Below are positions 28,416 through 38,706 of a stretch of DNA of 64,000 nucleotides, one piece after another. The notes below the pieces were generated by a model that worked only from the letters and a program-made list of their open reading frames with translations, did not search any database and was not told the origin of the DNA. The position numbers were made by a program, and so were the translations under genes. Source of the DNA: an uncultured Bacilli bacterium (GTDB lineage: Bacteria; Bacillota_I; Bacilli_A; RF39; UBA660); contig CAKPHC010000004.1 in the NCBI GenBank assembly GCA_934155645.1, forward strand, positions 81,220 to 145,219, given 5' to 3'. Within the stretch, counting starts at the first letter, position 1, and each line of letters starts with the position of its first letter.

Positions 28416-29819
28416 ATGAAGAAGTTTAATTGGAAACTCTATTTAATTTTCGCAGGTATTTTATTGTTTGCACTATTTAATTTTGGCTTTGGTAATGATT
28501 ACTATTGGCACGTTAAAGCAGGGGAATACATGGTAAATAATTTAAAAATTCCTTATCACGATATATTCTCTTGGTATGGAATTAGTAACAACCTTTACTG
28601 GATGAGTCACGAGTGGTTAAGTGAAGTGGTCTTATACATTTATAGATACATTTTTAAAGGACTAGGACCGTTGATATTTAATCTAAGTATGTATCTGCTT
28701 CTAATAACAGTAATATATAAACACAATAAAGAAAAACTAGAAAAAAACAAAATCTTTACTTTCCTTTGGGCTTTAGTAGGATTCCTAATCTTTTCTAAAG
28801 TAATGCTTCCAAGACCTCATATGATTAGTTACACTTTACTAGCTTTCACAATTTATATTTTGTATGATAACTTTAACAATAAAAATTCTAAAAAAATTTA
28901 TTTTTTACCTGTAATAAGCCTATTGTGGGCAAACTTCCATGGTGGTTCATCTAATCTTCCATATGTATTATGCTTTATGTTTATGATTGTTGGATTATTT
29001 AGTTTTAAATTTGGAAAAGTTGAAGCTAAAAGAATAGATAAAAATCAAATAAAAAAGTATTTGATTTGTGGGCTATTAAGTATATGTGCTATTGCTATTA
29101 ATCCTCATGGATTAAAAATGATTACATATCCATATATAAATATGGGTGACAAACTAATGCTTAGTAATATTGTTGAGTGGGGTTGTCCAGATTTAAATGA
29201 TTTTGGTGATATAGCAGCTTTTGCTGTTTTAGGACTAGTTATAATAACGATGATTATATCGAATAAAAAAATAAAATTAATAGATTTAATAACTTTAGGA
29301 GCTTTCTTGTTCCTAGGATTTAAAAGTGTAAGATTTGTTCCACTACTATATATAGCTGCTACTTATGCTATCTTTAATATAGTAGAAGATTTTAAACTAA
29401 ATTTACCTAGTAAAGCATATATAATAATTTTATCCACAATTGTTGTGTGCTTTGGAATTCTTACTCCTAAATTAATAAGAAATTACAATAAAAAACCTAT
29501 TTCTGATACTGCAATAAATTATATAAAAGATAATAAACCTAAAAGATTATTTAATTATTACAATTATGGTGGATATTTAATATATAATGATATAAAAGTT
29601 TTTATTGATGGTAGAGCAGATATGTATTCTAAATATAACTTTAAAGATGCAGTTGATTTACAAGATAGGGGATATAAATATTTATTAGATGGCTATAATT
29701 TTGACATGTTAATAATTCCTAATAATATAGCTTTAAATATTCATTTATCAAATAATAATGATTATATGGCAGTATTCCAAGATGATACCACAGTAATCTA
29801 CGAAAAGAAGACAAAATAA
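28416..29819 (+). CDS. Polytopic membrane protein, possible GT-C-fold glycosyltransferase-like
   Basis: At least 10 predicted TM helices across 467 aa. No diagnostic motif was recognised. Confidence 0.4.
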   Translation: MKKFNWKLYLIFAGILLFALFNFGFGNDYYWHVKAGEYMVNNLKIPYHDIFSWYGISNNLYWMSHEWLSEVVLYIYRYIFKGLGPLIFNLSMYLLLITVIYKHNKEKLEKNKIFTFLWALVGFLIFSKVMLPRPHMISYTLLAFTIYILYDNFNNKNSKKIYFLPVISLLWANFHGGSSNLPYVLCFMFMIVGLFSFKFGKVEAKRIDKNQIKKYLICGLLSICAIAINPHGLKMITYPYINMGDKLMLSNIVEWGCPDLNDFGDIAAFAVLGLVIITMIISNKKIKLIDLITLGAFLFLGFKSVRFVPLLYIAATYAIFNIVEDFKLNLPSKAYIIILSTIVVCFGILTPKLIRNYNKKPISDTAINYIKDNKPKRLFNYYNYGGYLIYNDIKVFIDGRADMYSKYNFKDAVDLQDRGYKYLLDGYNFDMLIIPNNIALNIHLSNNNDYMAVFQDDTTVIYEKKTK

Positions 29820-29838
29820 AAAAAGCACTTAGTGCTTT

Positions 29839-30915
29839 TTATTTTATGTATTCATTTAATGGTTTAGTTCTATATTTTAACTCATCCATCTTTTCAGTAG
29901 TAACAAATCCTGGTTTAGCATTAATTACATCAGGAATTCTATTAACTACAGTAGCACAAGTAAGTTCTACTGTACTAGGACGTGCTACAACGATTGTTGT
30001 ATTAGGTTCACCATAAACTGTCCATTCATTTTTATCATAATCAGTATCAGCATATACTTTACCAATACACTCAGTCTCTAATGTAATACCCTCTTCAGTT
30101 TCAGTAGTAACTACAGCACTCATTCCAGTAGCATCTCCAGCTTTAACAGTCATCCCTAAAGTAGAAGAGTTAATATCACTTGTATGAGTTTGAGGAACAC
30201 ATTTTTGAGTTTGGCTTATTACAGTTAATCCTAGTTTAGATGCTAACCAACCATTAACGTTCCACATATATGATGGAGCATATTCTCCATTCATAATAAG
30301 TTTATTACGTTCTTCTGTAGGCATTCTATCAGCAGAAGCAACATCTCTATCAAATTCCTCTAGTGTTAATCCAGCACCATGTGCTTTAGCAAGAGCTATA
30401 CCATAGTCTTCTACATTGTAACTAGAACTTCCTTTGATTTTAGTAATTTTATTACTAGATGCAGCAATAGCACTTATTAATTCTCCCCAATATATATCTT
30501 GGTAACCACTACCAGTTATTGTACAACCAGTATGTTTTGCAATAGCATCAATAGCTTTAGTAGCCTCAGGATTAGAATTCCATGAGAAGAAAGCTTCTTC
30601 ACATGTAGTAATAGCATTAATTCCTAACTTAGCACATAACATTAATGCATCATATACATCATTTAATAAACTCATAGTAGTAACAATACAAATATCAGGT
30701 TTAATTGCTTGTAACATATCTCCAGCATCTTCAAGAGCAGTAACTTTTACTGCAGTGTTATCAATACCCATGATTTCACCGATATCTTTACCAATAACAC
30801 TTGGATTAATGTCAATAGCTCCAACTACTTCACAACCATGTTCCATAGCATATCTCATTGTGTACACAGCCATTTTACCAGTACCAAATTGAGCAACTCT
30901 AATTTTTCTATTCAT
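29839..30915 (-). CDS. NAD(P)H-dependent amine dehydrogenase family (2,4-diaminopentanoate dehydrogenase-like)
   Basis: N-terminal Rossmann motif (KIRVAQFGTGKM) with DapB-like architecture. The start was reassigned to the ATG behind AGGAGGATAAT. Confidence 0.55.
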   Translation of the reverse strand: MNRKIRVAQFGTGKMAVYTMRYAMEHGCEVVGAIDINPSVIGKDIGEIMGIDNTAVKVTALEDAGDMLQAIKPDICIVTTMSLLNDVYDALMLCAKLGINAITTCEEAFFSWNSNPEATKAIDAIAKHTGCTITGSGYQDIYWGELISAIAASSNKITKIKGSSSYNVEDYGIALAKAHGAGLTLEEFDRDVASADRMPTEERNKLIMNGEYAPSYMWNVNGWLASKLGLTVISQTQKCVPQTHTSDINSSTLGMTVKAGDATGMSAVVTTETEEGITLETECIGKVYADTDYDKNEWTVYGEPNTTIVVARPSTVELTCATVVNRIPDVINAKPGFVTTEKMDELKYRTKPLNEYIK

Positions 30916-31036
30916 TTTTATTATCCTCCTATGATATAAATATACACTATATTTCATAAAAATACAATAAAATAACGTTCCTTGACATAAATTAAACAAG
31001 GTATTATTATATATAACTAAAAGAGGAGGAATTGGT

Positions 31037-31852
31037 ATGGAAGAAAAGAAAAGAGATTGTGATAATCATGAAAAAAATTACTATAAAAAACTAACTATTC
31101 CTAACATTTTAACCGTATTTAGAATGATTTCATCAGTAGCACTTTGTGGATATATAGCAATGCATGGAATTACTTCTCCGTTATTAATTACATTAGCAAC
31201 AATAGGTATAGCTTCAACCGATGCGATAGATGGATTTTTAGCAAGAAATTGCGGGATGTCTTCACAATTAGGAAGTATTCTAGACCCTATCGCAGATAAA
31301 ATATTCAATTGGGGACTAGGGATTACTTTAATGGCTACAGGTATTATGCCTTTATGGCCACTTCTAATAGCAGCAAGAGATGCAACAGTATTTACTATAT
31401 CAAGTTACCAATTTAAGAAAACTGGTAAAGAAATGTTTCCAACAATTCCAGCTAAGTTAAAAATGGCTTTACAGAGTGCTGGTGTAGTATCAACTCTAGC
31501 ATTTGGTTTTGGAGACAGTGGGTTAGGATTAATCGCCCCAATATGTATGGCATCAGCTATAGCTACAGCAATTCCAGAAGCAATTTGTATAAAGAAAAAA
31601 TACTTTAGTAAAAATAATTCTTTAGAAACTAATGAAGACGTTACTACTACTAAAAAAGATGAAATAGAAGAAATCAAGCCAAAAGAAAAGAGTAAAGAAT
31701 TAGAATACTCTAAAACTACTCCTAATATCAATTATGAAGAAGAATATATAAATAATTCACAAATAGAAAAACCAAAAGTATTACAAAAAAGTATTTATAA
31801 TAAATCAATCTTTCATAGTAAAAACAATAATAACAAGAACACAAATGAGTAG
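31037..31852 (+). CDS. CDP-alcohol phosphatidyltransferase family protein with low-complexity C-terminal tail
   Basis: Motif DAIDGFLARNCGMSSQLGSILDPIADK, matching D-x2-DG-x2-AR...G-x3-D-x3-D. An AGAGGAGG RBS precedes the start. Confidence 0.75.
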   Translation: MEEKKRDCDNHEKNYYKKLTIPNILTVFRMISSVALCGYIAMHGITSPLLITLATIGIASTDAIDGFLARNCGMSSQLGSILDPIADKIFNWGLGITLMATGIMPLWPLLIAARDATVFTISSYQFKKTGKEMFPTIPAKLKMALQSAGVVSTLAFGFGDSGLGLIAPICMASAIATAIPEAICIKKKYFSKNNSLETNEDVTTTKKDEIEEIKPKEKSKELEYSKTTPNINYEEEYINNSQIEKPKVLQKSIYNKSIFHSKNNNNKNTNE

Positions 31853-32088
31853 TAATATACCTAGTAAAAATAATGAAGAAATAGTTTCAGCATCAAGTAT
31901 CATTTTATCACCTAGTACAATTATATAATAAAAAGAAAAAATTAAAAGTATAAAATTAAAAATAATCGTTCATTATATTAATATCATATGGTGATATATG
32001 ATTAAGTGCTTAATAACTCGCAAGAGTTATTTTTTTTCTATTCAAATACGTCTATTTTTGATATAATATATTGGTATTGGAGGTAATT

Positions 32089-32385
32089 ATGACTGATAGA
32101 TTAACAAAAGAAGAAGTATTACACGTAGCTCACTTAGCACGTATTGCAGTAAGTGAAGAAGAAATAGAAAAGTATCAAGTAGAATTAAAAAGAATATTAG
32201 ATGCGGTTGATAAGATAAAAGAAGTAAATGATTATGATGAAGAATTACTAATCGCACCACATGACCATGACGCTAATTTAAGAGAAGACGTTAAAGGTGA
32301 AATGTTAACAAATGATGAAATAATGAAAAATGTACCTAAACATAATGGTAATTTTGTGGAAGTTCCGGTGATGTTAAATGAGTAA
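32089..32385 (+). CDS. gatC: Asp/Glu-tRNA amidotransferase subunit C
   Basis: MTDRLTKEEVLHVAHLARIAVSEEE, and its position upstream of gatA. A GGAGG RBS precedes the start. Confidence 0.85.
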   Translation: MTDRLTKEEVLHVAHLARIAVSEEEIEKYQVELKRILDAVDKIKEVNDYDEELLIAPHDHDANLREDVKGEMLTNDEIMKNVPKHNGNFVEVPVMLNE

Positions 32386-33829
32386 GTATCTAGATTTAAG
32401 TATTAGTGAAATAAATACACTATTAAAAGCAAAAAAAATTAAACCAATCGATTTAGTTAATGAGTGTTTTGATAGAATAGAACAAAATAAAGATTTAAAT
32501 GCTTTTATAACTTTAAATAAAGAAGAAGCAATAAAGAAAGCTAAAGAATTAGAAAATGTTCCAGTTGATAATATCTTATTTGGAATCCCTATAGCTGTTA
32601 AAGATAATATTGTAACTAAAGATTTAAAAACTACTTGTGCATCACATATATTAGAGAACTTTATTCCTATATACGATGCCACTGTAGTAGAAAAAATAAA
32701 CTCTAAAAATATGATTATCATTGGTAAATGTAACATGGATGAATTTGCAATGGGTTCAACTAGTAGAACAAGTTATTTTGGAGCACCTAAAAATCCTTGG
32801 GATAAAACTAGAATATCTGGAGGATCTTCTGGAGGAAGTGCAGTATCAGTTGCAAGTCATTTAGTACCTTTATCACTTGGTACAGATACAGGGGGGTCTA
32901 TTAGACAACCAGCAAGTTACTGTGGATTAGTAGGGATGAAGCCAACTTATGGTAGAGTATCTCGTTATGGATTAGTTGCTTTTGCTTCCAGTCTTGACCA
33001 AATTGGTCCAATGAGTAGAAATGTTTATGAAAATGCTCTATTACTTAATGTTATAAGTGGTAGTGATGATAAAGATTTAACTTCTTCTAATAGAGAAGTA
33101 GAAGACTATACAAGATTAATTGGTAAAGATATAGCTGGTATGAAAATAGCTGTTCCTAATTACTTTATGAGTGAAGTAGTATCATCTGAAGTAAAACAAA
33201 AAATAGAAGAAATAATTGATAAATTAAAAGAGTGGGGCGCAACCGTTGAATACATTGACATTGATTATATTGAAAATGCTGTTAACCTATATCAAATAAT
33301 TGCTATGGGTGAAGCAAGTAGTAATCTAGCAAGATTCGATGGTATTCGTTATGGATACTCTTGTGAAAATCCTAAAAATGTTGAAGATTTATATAAAAGA
33401 ACTAGACAAGAAGGTTTTGGAGACGAAGTAAAAAGAAGAATAATGGTTGGGTCATACCTATTAAGTGGAGAAAACGCTACTATTTATTACAACAAAGCTC
33501 TACAAATAAGAGATGACATAAGAAAAAGCTTTAAAGAAGCATTTAAAAAATATGATTTAATTATCGGACCTACAGCAACTACTGTCGCATATAAATTAAC
33601 CGATAACTTAGATGACCCACTTCAAAACTATTTAGACGACGTTTTAGTAATTCCAGTTAATATGGCAGGACTTCCTGGTATGAACGTACCTGTTGGATTT
33701 AATAAAGATAATATGCCTATAGGATTACATATAATAGGTGACAGTTTTGAAGAAGCTAAAATGTATCAATTAGCAGCTTTCATTGAGAAAAAATTAAATT
33801 TAGATTTAAATGCAAAAGAGGTGAAATAA
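32378..33829 (+). CDS. gatA: Asp/Glu-tRNA amidotransferase subunit A (amidase signature)
   Basis: Amidase signature region (GGSSGGSAVSVAS ... GTDTGGSIR). Confidence 0.9.
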   Translation: MSKYLDLSISEINTLLKAKKIKPIDLVNECFDRIEQNKDLNAFITLNKEEAIKKAKELENVPVDNILFGIPIAVKDNIVTKDLKTTCASHILENFIPIYDATVVEKINSKNMIIIGKCNMDEFAMGSTSRTSYFGAPKNPWDKTRISGGSSGGSAVSVASHLVPLSLGTDTGGSIRQPASYCGLVGMKPTYGRVSRYGLVAFASSLDQIGPMSRNVYENALLLNVISGSDDKDLTSSNREVEDYTRLIGKDIAGMKIAVPNYFMSEVVSSEVKQKIEEIIDKLKEWGATVEYIDIDYIENAVNLYQIIAMGEASSNLARFDGIRYGYSCENPKNVEDLYKRTRQEGFGDEVKRRIMVGSYLLSGENATIYYNKALQIRDDIRKSFKEAFKKYDLIIGPTATTVAYKLTDNLDDPLQNYLDDVLVIPVNMAGLPGMNVPVGFNKDNMPIGLHIIGDSFEEAKMYQLAAFIEKKLNLDLNAKEVK

Positions 33830-35244
33830 TGAGTAATTATAAACCAACTGTAGGAATAGAAGTTCATGCAGAATTAAAAACAGCAACTAAAATATTTTCT
33901 GATTCAGTAAATGGATATGCTAATATAGCAAACACTAACGTTAATGTAGTAGACTTAGGATACCCTGGTGTTCTTCCTACATTAAACAAAGAAGTAGTTA
34001 ACAAAGCTTTAACTGCTGCACTTATTCTTAATTGCAAAATAAATAAAAAAATGCACTTTGATAGAAAAAATTACTTTTATCCAGACTTACCTAAAGGTTA
34101 TCAGATAACTCAAGCAAGAACTCCTATTGGAGTAGATGGATATGTTGAAATAGAAGTAGATGGAAAACCTAAAAAAATAGGTATCCATGATATTCATATA
34201 GAAGAAGATACTTGTAAGAGCATTCACTATAATAATAGCTCATTATTAGACTTCAATAGAGCAGGAGTACCTTTAGTAGAAATAGTTACTAAACCAGATA
34301 TTTCTAGCAGTAAAGAAGCAATTCTTTATCTAGAAAAATTAAGAGAATTGCTTTTATATGCTGATGTTTCTGACTGTAAAATAGAGGAAGGAAGCATGAG
34401 ATGTGATGTTAACGTATCTATCAGTAAAACAGAAGAATTAGGTACTAAAATAGAAGTTAAAAACATTGGTTCTATTACTAATGTAGGTATTGCAGTAGAA
34501 AGTGAAATTAAACGTCAAGAAGAATTGCTTAATGAAGGTGAAACATTACACGAAGAAACTAGACGTTTTGATGACAAAACAAATTCTACTATTCTGATGA
34601 GAGTTAAAGAAACAGGCAATGACTATCGTTATTTTCCCGAAGCCGATATTCCTTTCGTAACATTATCTGATGAACATATAGATGAAATAAAGAAAAAAAT
34701 TCCTATGTTAGCAGACGAAAGAAGAAAAATATATCTAGAAAATGGTATAAGCCTAATTAATGCTAATAAAATTATTCAAAATAGAGAAGTATCTGAGTAC
34801 TTAAATAAATACTTAGATAAAAACATTAACTTAGTTATTGCAAGTAACCTATTACTAGGTGATATTGCCGCATATTTAAATAAAAACAATAAAACTATGA
34901 AAGACACTTGCTTTAGTGATGAAAAATTCATAAAAGTAGTAAATATGCTTAATAACGGTGATATGAGTAGCAAAATATTTAAAGAAATATTAAACGACTT
35001 ATTTGAGACAAATGACGAAGTTGAAACTTTATTTGAAAAACATGGAATTAGTAAATTAAGTGATGATGACTTAAGAGCAATTATTAAGAATATAATAGAT
35101 AATAATAGTGAAAATGTCCTAGAATACAAAAATGGTAATGAACGTTTACTAAAATATTTTGTAGGACAAGTAATGAAAGAAACTAAAGGAAGTGCTAATC
35201 CAGAATTAGTTAATACTCTATTATTAGAAGAATTGTCCAAATAA
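33829..35244 (+). CDS. gatB: Asp/Glu-tRNA amidotransferase subunit B
   Basis: Conserved GatB N-terminus (KPTVGIEVHAELKT) and a C-terminal YqeY-like domain. Confidence 0.9.
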   Translation: MSNYKPTVGIEVHAELKTATKIFSDSVNGYANIANTNVNVVDLGYPGVLPTLNKEVVNKALTAALILNCKINKKMHFDRKNYFYPDLPKGYQITQARTPIGVDGYVEIEVDGKPKKIGIHDIHIEEDTCKSIHYNNSSLLDFNRAGVPLVEIVTKPDISSSKEAILYLEKLRELLLYADVSDCKIEEGSMRCDVNVSISKTEELGTKIEVKNIGSITNVGIAVESEIKRQEELLNEGETLHEETRRFDDKTNSTILMRVKETGNDYRYFPEADIPFVTLSDEHIDEIKKKIPMLADERRKIYLENGISLINANKIIQNREVSEYLNKYLDKNINLVIASNLLLGDIAAYLNKNNKTMKDTCFSDEKFIKVVNMLNNGDMSSKIFKEILNDLFETNDEVETLFEKHGISKLSDDDLRAIIKNIIDNNSENVLEYKNGNERLLKYFVGQVMKETKGSANPELVNTLLLEELSK

Positions 35245-35298
35245 TTATATAAATTGATAAAACAAAAATACTGGTGTATAATTGATATGGAGGTATTT

Positions 35299-35778
35299 AT
35301 GAATTATATAAAAAAGAATAAGCTAACAACATTAATAATAGTAATATTTGTAGTAGTTGTTTTTATTGGGGCTTACTTATATAATCTACTATTCACAAGT
35401 GGAAGACGTGAAGCTTATGGAAATAGATTAGATGGTATAGAACAAGTAGAAATTACTGATACTCAATATAAAGAAATTAAAAACAAAATACAAGAAAATG
35501 AAAATGTTACCAAAGTAACTACTGATTTAAAAGGAAAAGTAGTAAATATTATTATTACTGTTAAAGATGAAGTTACTAAAGATAGTGCGAAAGCTATAGG
35601 AGCAACTGCATTAGAATCTTTTGATGCTGACCAATTGAAATTCTACGATATTCAAATCTTTGTAAAAAAAGATAACGAGGCATTAAATGATTTTCCTATT
35701 ATTGGATACAAACAAAATGGTAGAGATGGACTTACATGGACAAAAGATAGACAGGTGACTGAAAATGAAGATAAATAA
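35299..35778 (+). CDS. Membrane-anchored hypothetical protein
   Basis: A GGAGG RBS precedes MNYIKK. It has a single N-terminal TM helix. Confidence 0.5.
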   Translation: MNYIKKNKLTTLIIVIFVVVVFIGAYLYNLLFTSGRREAYGNRLDGIEQVEITDTQYKEIKNKIQENENVTKVTTDLKGKVVNIIITVKDEVTKDSAKAIGATALESFDADQLKFYDIQIFVKKDNEALNDFPIIGYKQNGRDGLTWTKDRQVTENEDK

Positions 35779-37801
35779 AAAATTAATAATTTTAGTACCA
35801 ATTATAATTGCTATAGTAGTATTCTTATCTCTTTACTTTTATTATAATAAGGAAGACATAAACTCTCTTACCGTAAATGATAGAAAATGGATAGAATCTA
35901 ATGTATCAACAATTTATGATTTTGAGTTAGTTAGTAACTATCCTATATATGGTGAAAATGGTATTTTCTATGAATTTGTAGATGACTTATCTAAAGATAC
36001 AGGCCTTGAATTTAATGAAGTTCCTTATCTAAAAACTAGTAAACCACAAGGAACTGGATTACGTTTTAGAGTTTTAAAAAACGATGAACAATTAACAGAT
36101 AAAGATTTATTCTTAGGTGATGATGTATACATTACTATTAGTAAAACTAATCTAAAAATTAACAGAGTAACTGATTTTAAAGATATGACAATAGGAGTAT
36201 TTACAAGTGATGTTGGTGAGATTAGTTATTACTTAAAAACAGGAACTAATATAACATATAAACCTTATGATGCAATTGAAAAAATGACTGCAGCTTTAGA
36301 CGAAGGAACAATTGAATGCATGATTATTCCTAATCTTATGTATTTAGATAAAACTATTGCTAATGATGAATATTTCATAAATTACACTTTAACAGAAATG
36401 AATAATAAACTAGTACTAACACTAAGTGATAGCAACGAACGTTTAAATGAAATCATTAAAAAGTACTATGACAATTGGAAAAATAAAAAATATGTTAATT
36501 ATTATAACGAAAATTTATTAAACTATTATATTTCTAATAATAACATTAATGATATGACAAAAGCAGATTTATTATCTAGAAATTACGTATACGGATATGT
36601 AGAAAACGCACCATATGAAGCAACTGTTGATGGTAAATTAGTTGGTATTAGTGGTGAATACATTAATAGAATAGAACGTTTAACAGGAATAGATTTTACT
36701 TTTAAAAAATATAAAACTGTTACAGACTTAAAAAAAGCTATAGATAATGGCGATGTAGATATTTATTTCAATTATTATAATTATGAAAGGTCTAATTATA
36801 AGGCAACTACTTCGACATTTATAGAAGAATATGTAGTATTAGCTAAAACAAAAAATGCTTACGTTATCAACTCTTTTGAAGCTTTAAAAGGTGTTAAAAC
36901 AAGTATTATAAACAACAATGCTTTATACGATTACTTTAGAGATAATAGTAAAGCTAATCTAACTCCATATGACACATTAGATAAAATGTTATCTAAAGCA
37001 ACAGATGGAGTACTAGTTGTAGATAAAGAAGTTTATACAATTAATAGAAATAGTAAGTTCAAAGATTATGAAGTTTTATATAACGGAATTATGACAAATG
37101 ATTATAACTATATGGTTAAAGACAGCAACATGGCATTTTATAATTTATTTAACTATATAATTAATACTAATTCATATTACCGTTATCGTAATAGTGGAAT
37201 TAATAATTTAAATCCATCTATTGTTGATAGAACTACATTTGAACAATTATATGTAATAATTCTAGCAATTATATTTGTACCACTTATTATTTTAACTATT
37301 ATGTATGTAATGCTTAAGAAAAGAAGTAAAGTAACTGCTGTTAGAAAAGAAGAACGTAAGAAATATACTGATATGCTTACTTCATTAAAAAACAGAAACT
37401 ATTTAAATTTAAACATGAAAGCATGGAATGAAACTAATAAATATCCACAAGCTATAGTTATGATAGATTTAAATAATGTTAAATATGTTAATGACAATTA
37501 TGGTCACGAAGCAGGCGATAAGTTAATTGTTAAAGCAGCAGGTATTTTGGTAAATACTCAATTAGAAAATAGTGAGATAATAAGAACTGATGGTAATGAA
37601 TTCTTAATTTATCTAATTGGTTACAGTGAACAACAAGTATCAACTTATACTAATAAATTAACTAAAGAATTTAAAAACTTACCATATGGATTTGGTGCCG
37701 CTTTAGGTTACAGTATGATTATGGATGAAATTAAAACAATTGATGACGCAATAAATGAAGCAACACTAGAAATGAGAACTAATAAAGAAGATTATAAATA
37801 A
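35765..37801 (+). CDS. Sensor protein: two solute-binding (SBP_bac_3-like) periplasmic domains + TM + GGDEF-type domain with degenerate DGNEF motif
   Basis: The GGDEF-domain core (DLNNVKYVNDNYGHEAGD ... RTDGNEFLIY) has DGNEF in place of GG(D/E)EF. Confidence 0.7.
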   Translation: MKINKKLIILVPIIIAIVVFLSLYFYYNKEDINSLTVNDRKWIESNVSTIYDFELVSNYPIYGENGIFYEFVDDLSKDTGLEFNEVPYLKTSKPQGTGLRFRVLKNDEQLTDKDLFLGDDVYITISKTNLKINRVTDFKDMTIGVFTSDVGEISYYLKTGTNITYKPYDAIEKMTAALDEGTIECMIIPNLMYLDKTIANDEYFINYTLTEMNNKLVLTLSDSNERLNEIIKKYYDNWKNKKYVNYYNENLLNYYISNNNINDMTKADLLSRNYVYGYVENAPYEATVDGKLVGISGEYINRIERLTGIDFTFKKYKTVTDLKKAIDNGDVDIYFNYYNYERSNYKATTSTFIEEYVVLAKTKNAYVINSFEALKGVKTSIINNNALYDYFRDNSKANLTPYDTLDKMLSKATDGVLVVDKEVYTINRNSKFKDYEVLYNGIMTNDYNYMVKDSNMAFYNLFNYIINTNSYYRYRNSGINNLNPSIVDRTTFEQLYVIILAIIFVPLIILTIMYVMLKKRSKVTAVRKEERKKYTDMLTSLKNRNYLNLNMKAWNETNKYPQAIVMIDLNNVKYVNDNYGHEAGDKLIVKAAGILVNTQLENSEIIRTDGNEFLIYLIGYSEQQVSTYTNKLTKEFKNLPYGFGAALGYSMIMDEIKTIDDAINEATLEMRTNKEDYK

Positions 37802-37814
37802 TAAGGAAGATAAT

Positions 37815-38630
37815 ATGAAAAGAAGGATTGAAGTTCTATATAATAGGTTAATTAAAAATATAAGAAAACCAGAAATGTTAATCCTACCGGGTCAACTATC
37901 TTTCTTTTTTCTTGTAACAATAGTCCCTTTAGCAGCACTTTTTATAAGTATTTTCTCGAGATTTCATATTTCCACTAAATTTATAGGAGACTTAATAATA
38001 AATAACGTACCAGAAGCAATGATTAATATGGTTACTACTTTAGCTAGTAGTGCTAAGGCTAATACAAATACAATAATATTATTTGTGTCAGCTCTTATTC
38101 TTGCTTCTAATGGGACAAACTCTATGATTATTGCATCAAATAAAATATACAATGTTAAAGATAAATTCTTTCTTACTAGAAGATTAAAATCAATAGTAAT
38201 GATGCTTGTCTTGATATGTCTATTATTATTTATATTTATTGTACCAGTATGTGGTGATATGATTGTAAACTTAATTCAAAGTGTAACTAGTACAACATTT
38301 GGTAATATTATAAGATTTAGTTATACATGTCTTAAATATCCAATATCATTTTTACTAGTATTTGTATCAGTTAAATTACTTTATATTATGGCACCAGATA
38401 TAACAATAAATCCAAAACATGTAAATTATGGAGCTATATTTACTAGTGCTAGTTGGGTAATTATTACAAGAGTTTATGCTATATATGTTGCTAATTTTAG
38501 TAATTATAGCAACCTTTATGGTAGCCTATCAAATATATTAGTACTTATGTGGTGGATATATATACTAGCATACATATTTGTATTAGGTATGGGTCTTAAC
38601 GTAACTAAATATCAATTAACTAATGAATAG
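37815..38630 (+). CDS. YihY/BrkB-family membrane protein
   Basis: Characteristic N-terminus (LILPGQLSFFFLVTIVPLAAL) and 6 TM helices. Confidence 0.7.
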   Translation: MKRRIEVLYNRLIKNIRKPEMLILPGQLSFFFLVTIVPLAALFISIFSRFHISTKFIGDLIINNVPEAMINMVTTLASSAKANTNTIILFVSALILASNGTNSMIIASNKIYNVKDKFFLTRRLKSIVMMLVLICLLLFIFIVPVCGDMIVNLIQSVTSTTFGNIIRFSYTCLKYPISFLLVFVSVKLLYIMAPDITINPKHVNYGAIFTSASWVIITRVYAIYVANFSNYSNLYGSLSNILVLMWWIYILAYIFVLGMGLNVTKYQLTNE

Positions 38631-38706
38631 TTTATCTATTCATTTTTTTTGTTGCCATTTGACCAAATGCCCATTATAATAAATAAATTATCAGGGGGAA
38701 TACTTT

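Noticed and set aside
31081-32736. Minus-strand ORFs at 31081-31308, 31405-31731 and 32374-32736
   Set aside because: They are antisense to the CDP-alcohol phosphatidyltransferase and gatC/gatA genes.
34776-35240. 154-aa minus-strand ORF
   Set aside because: It is antisense to gatB.
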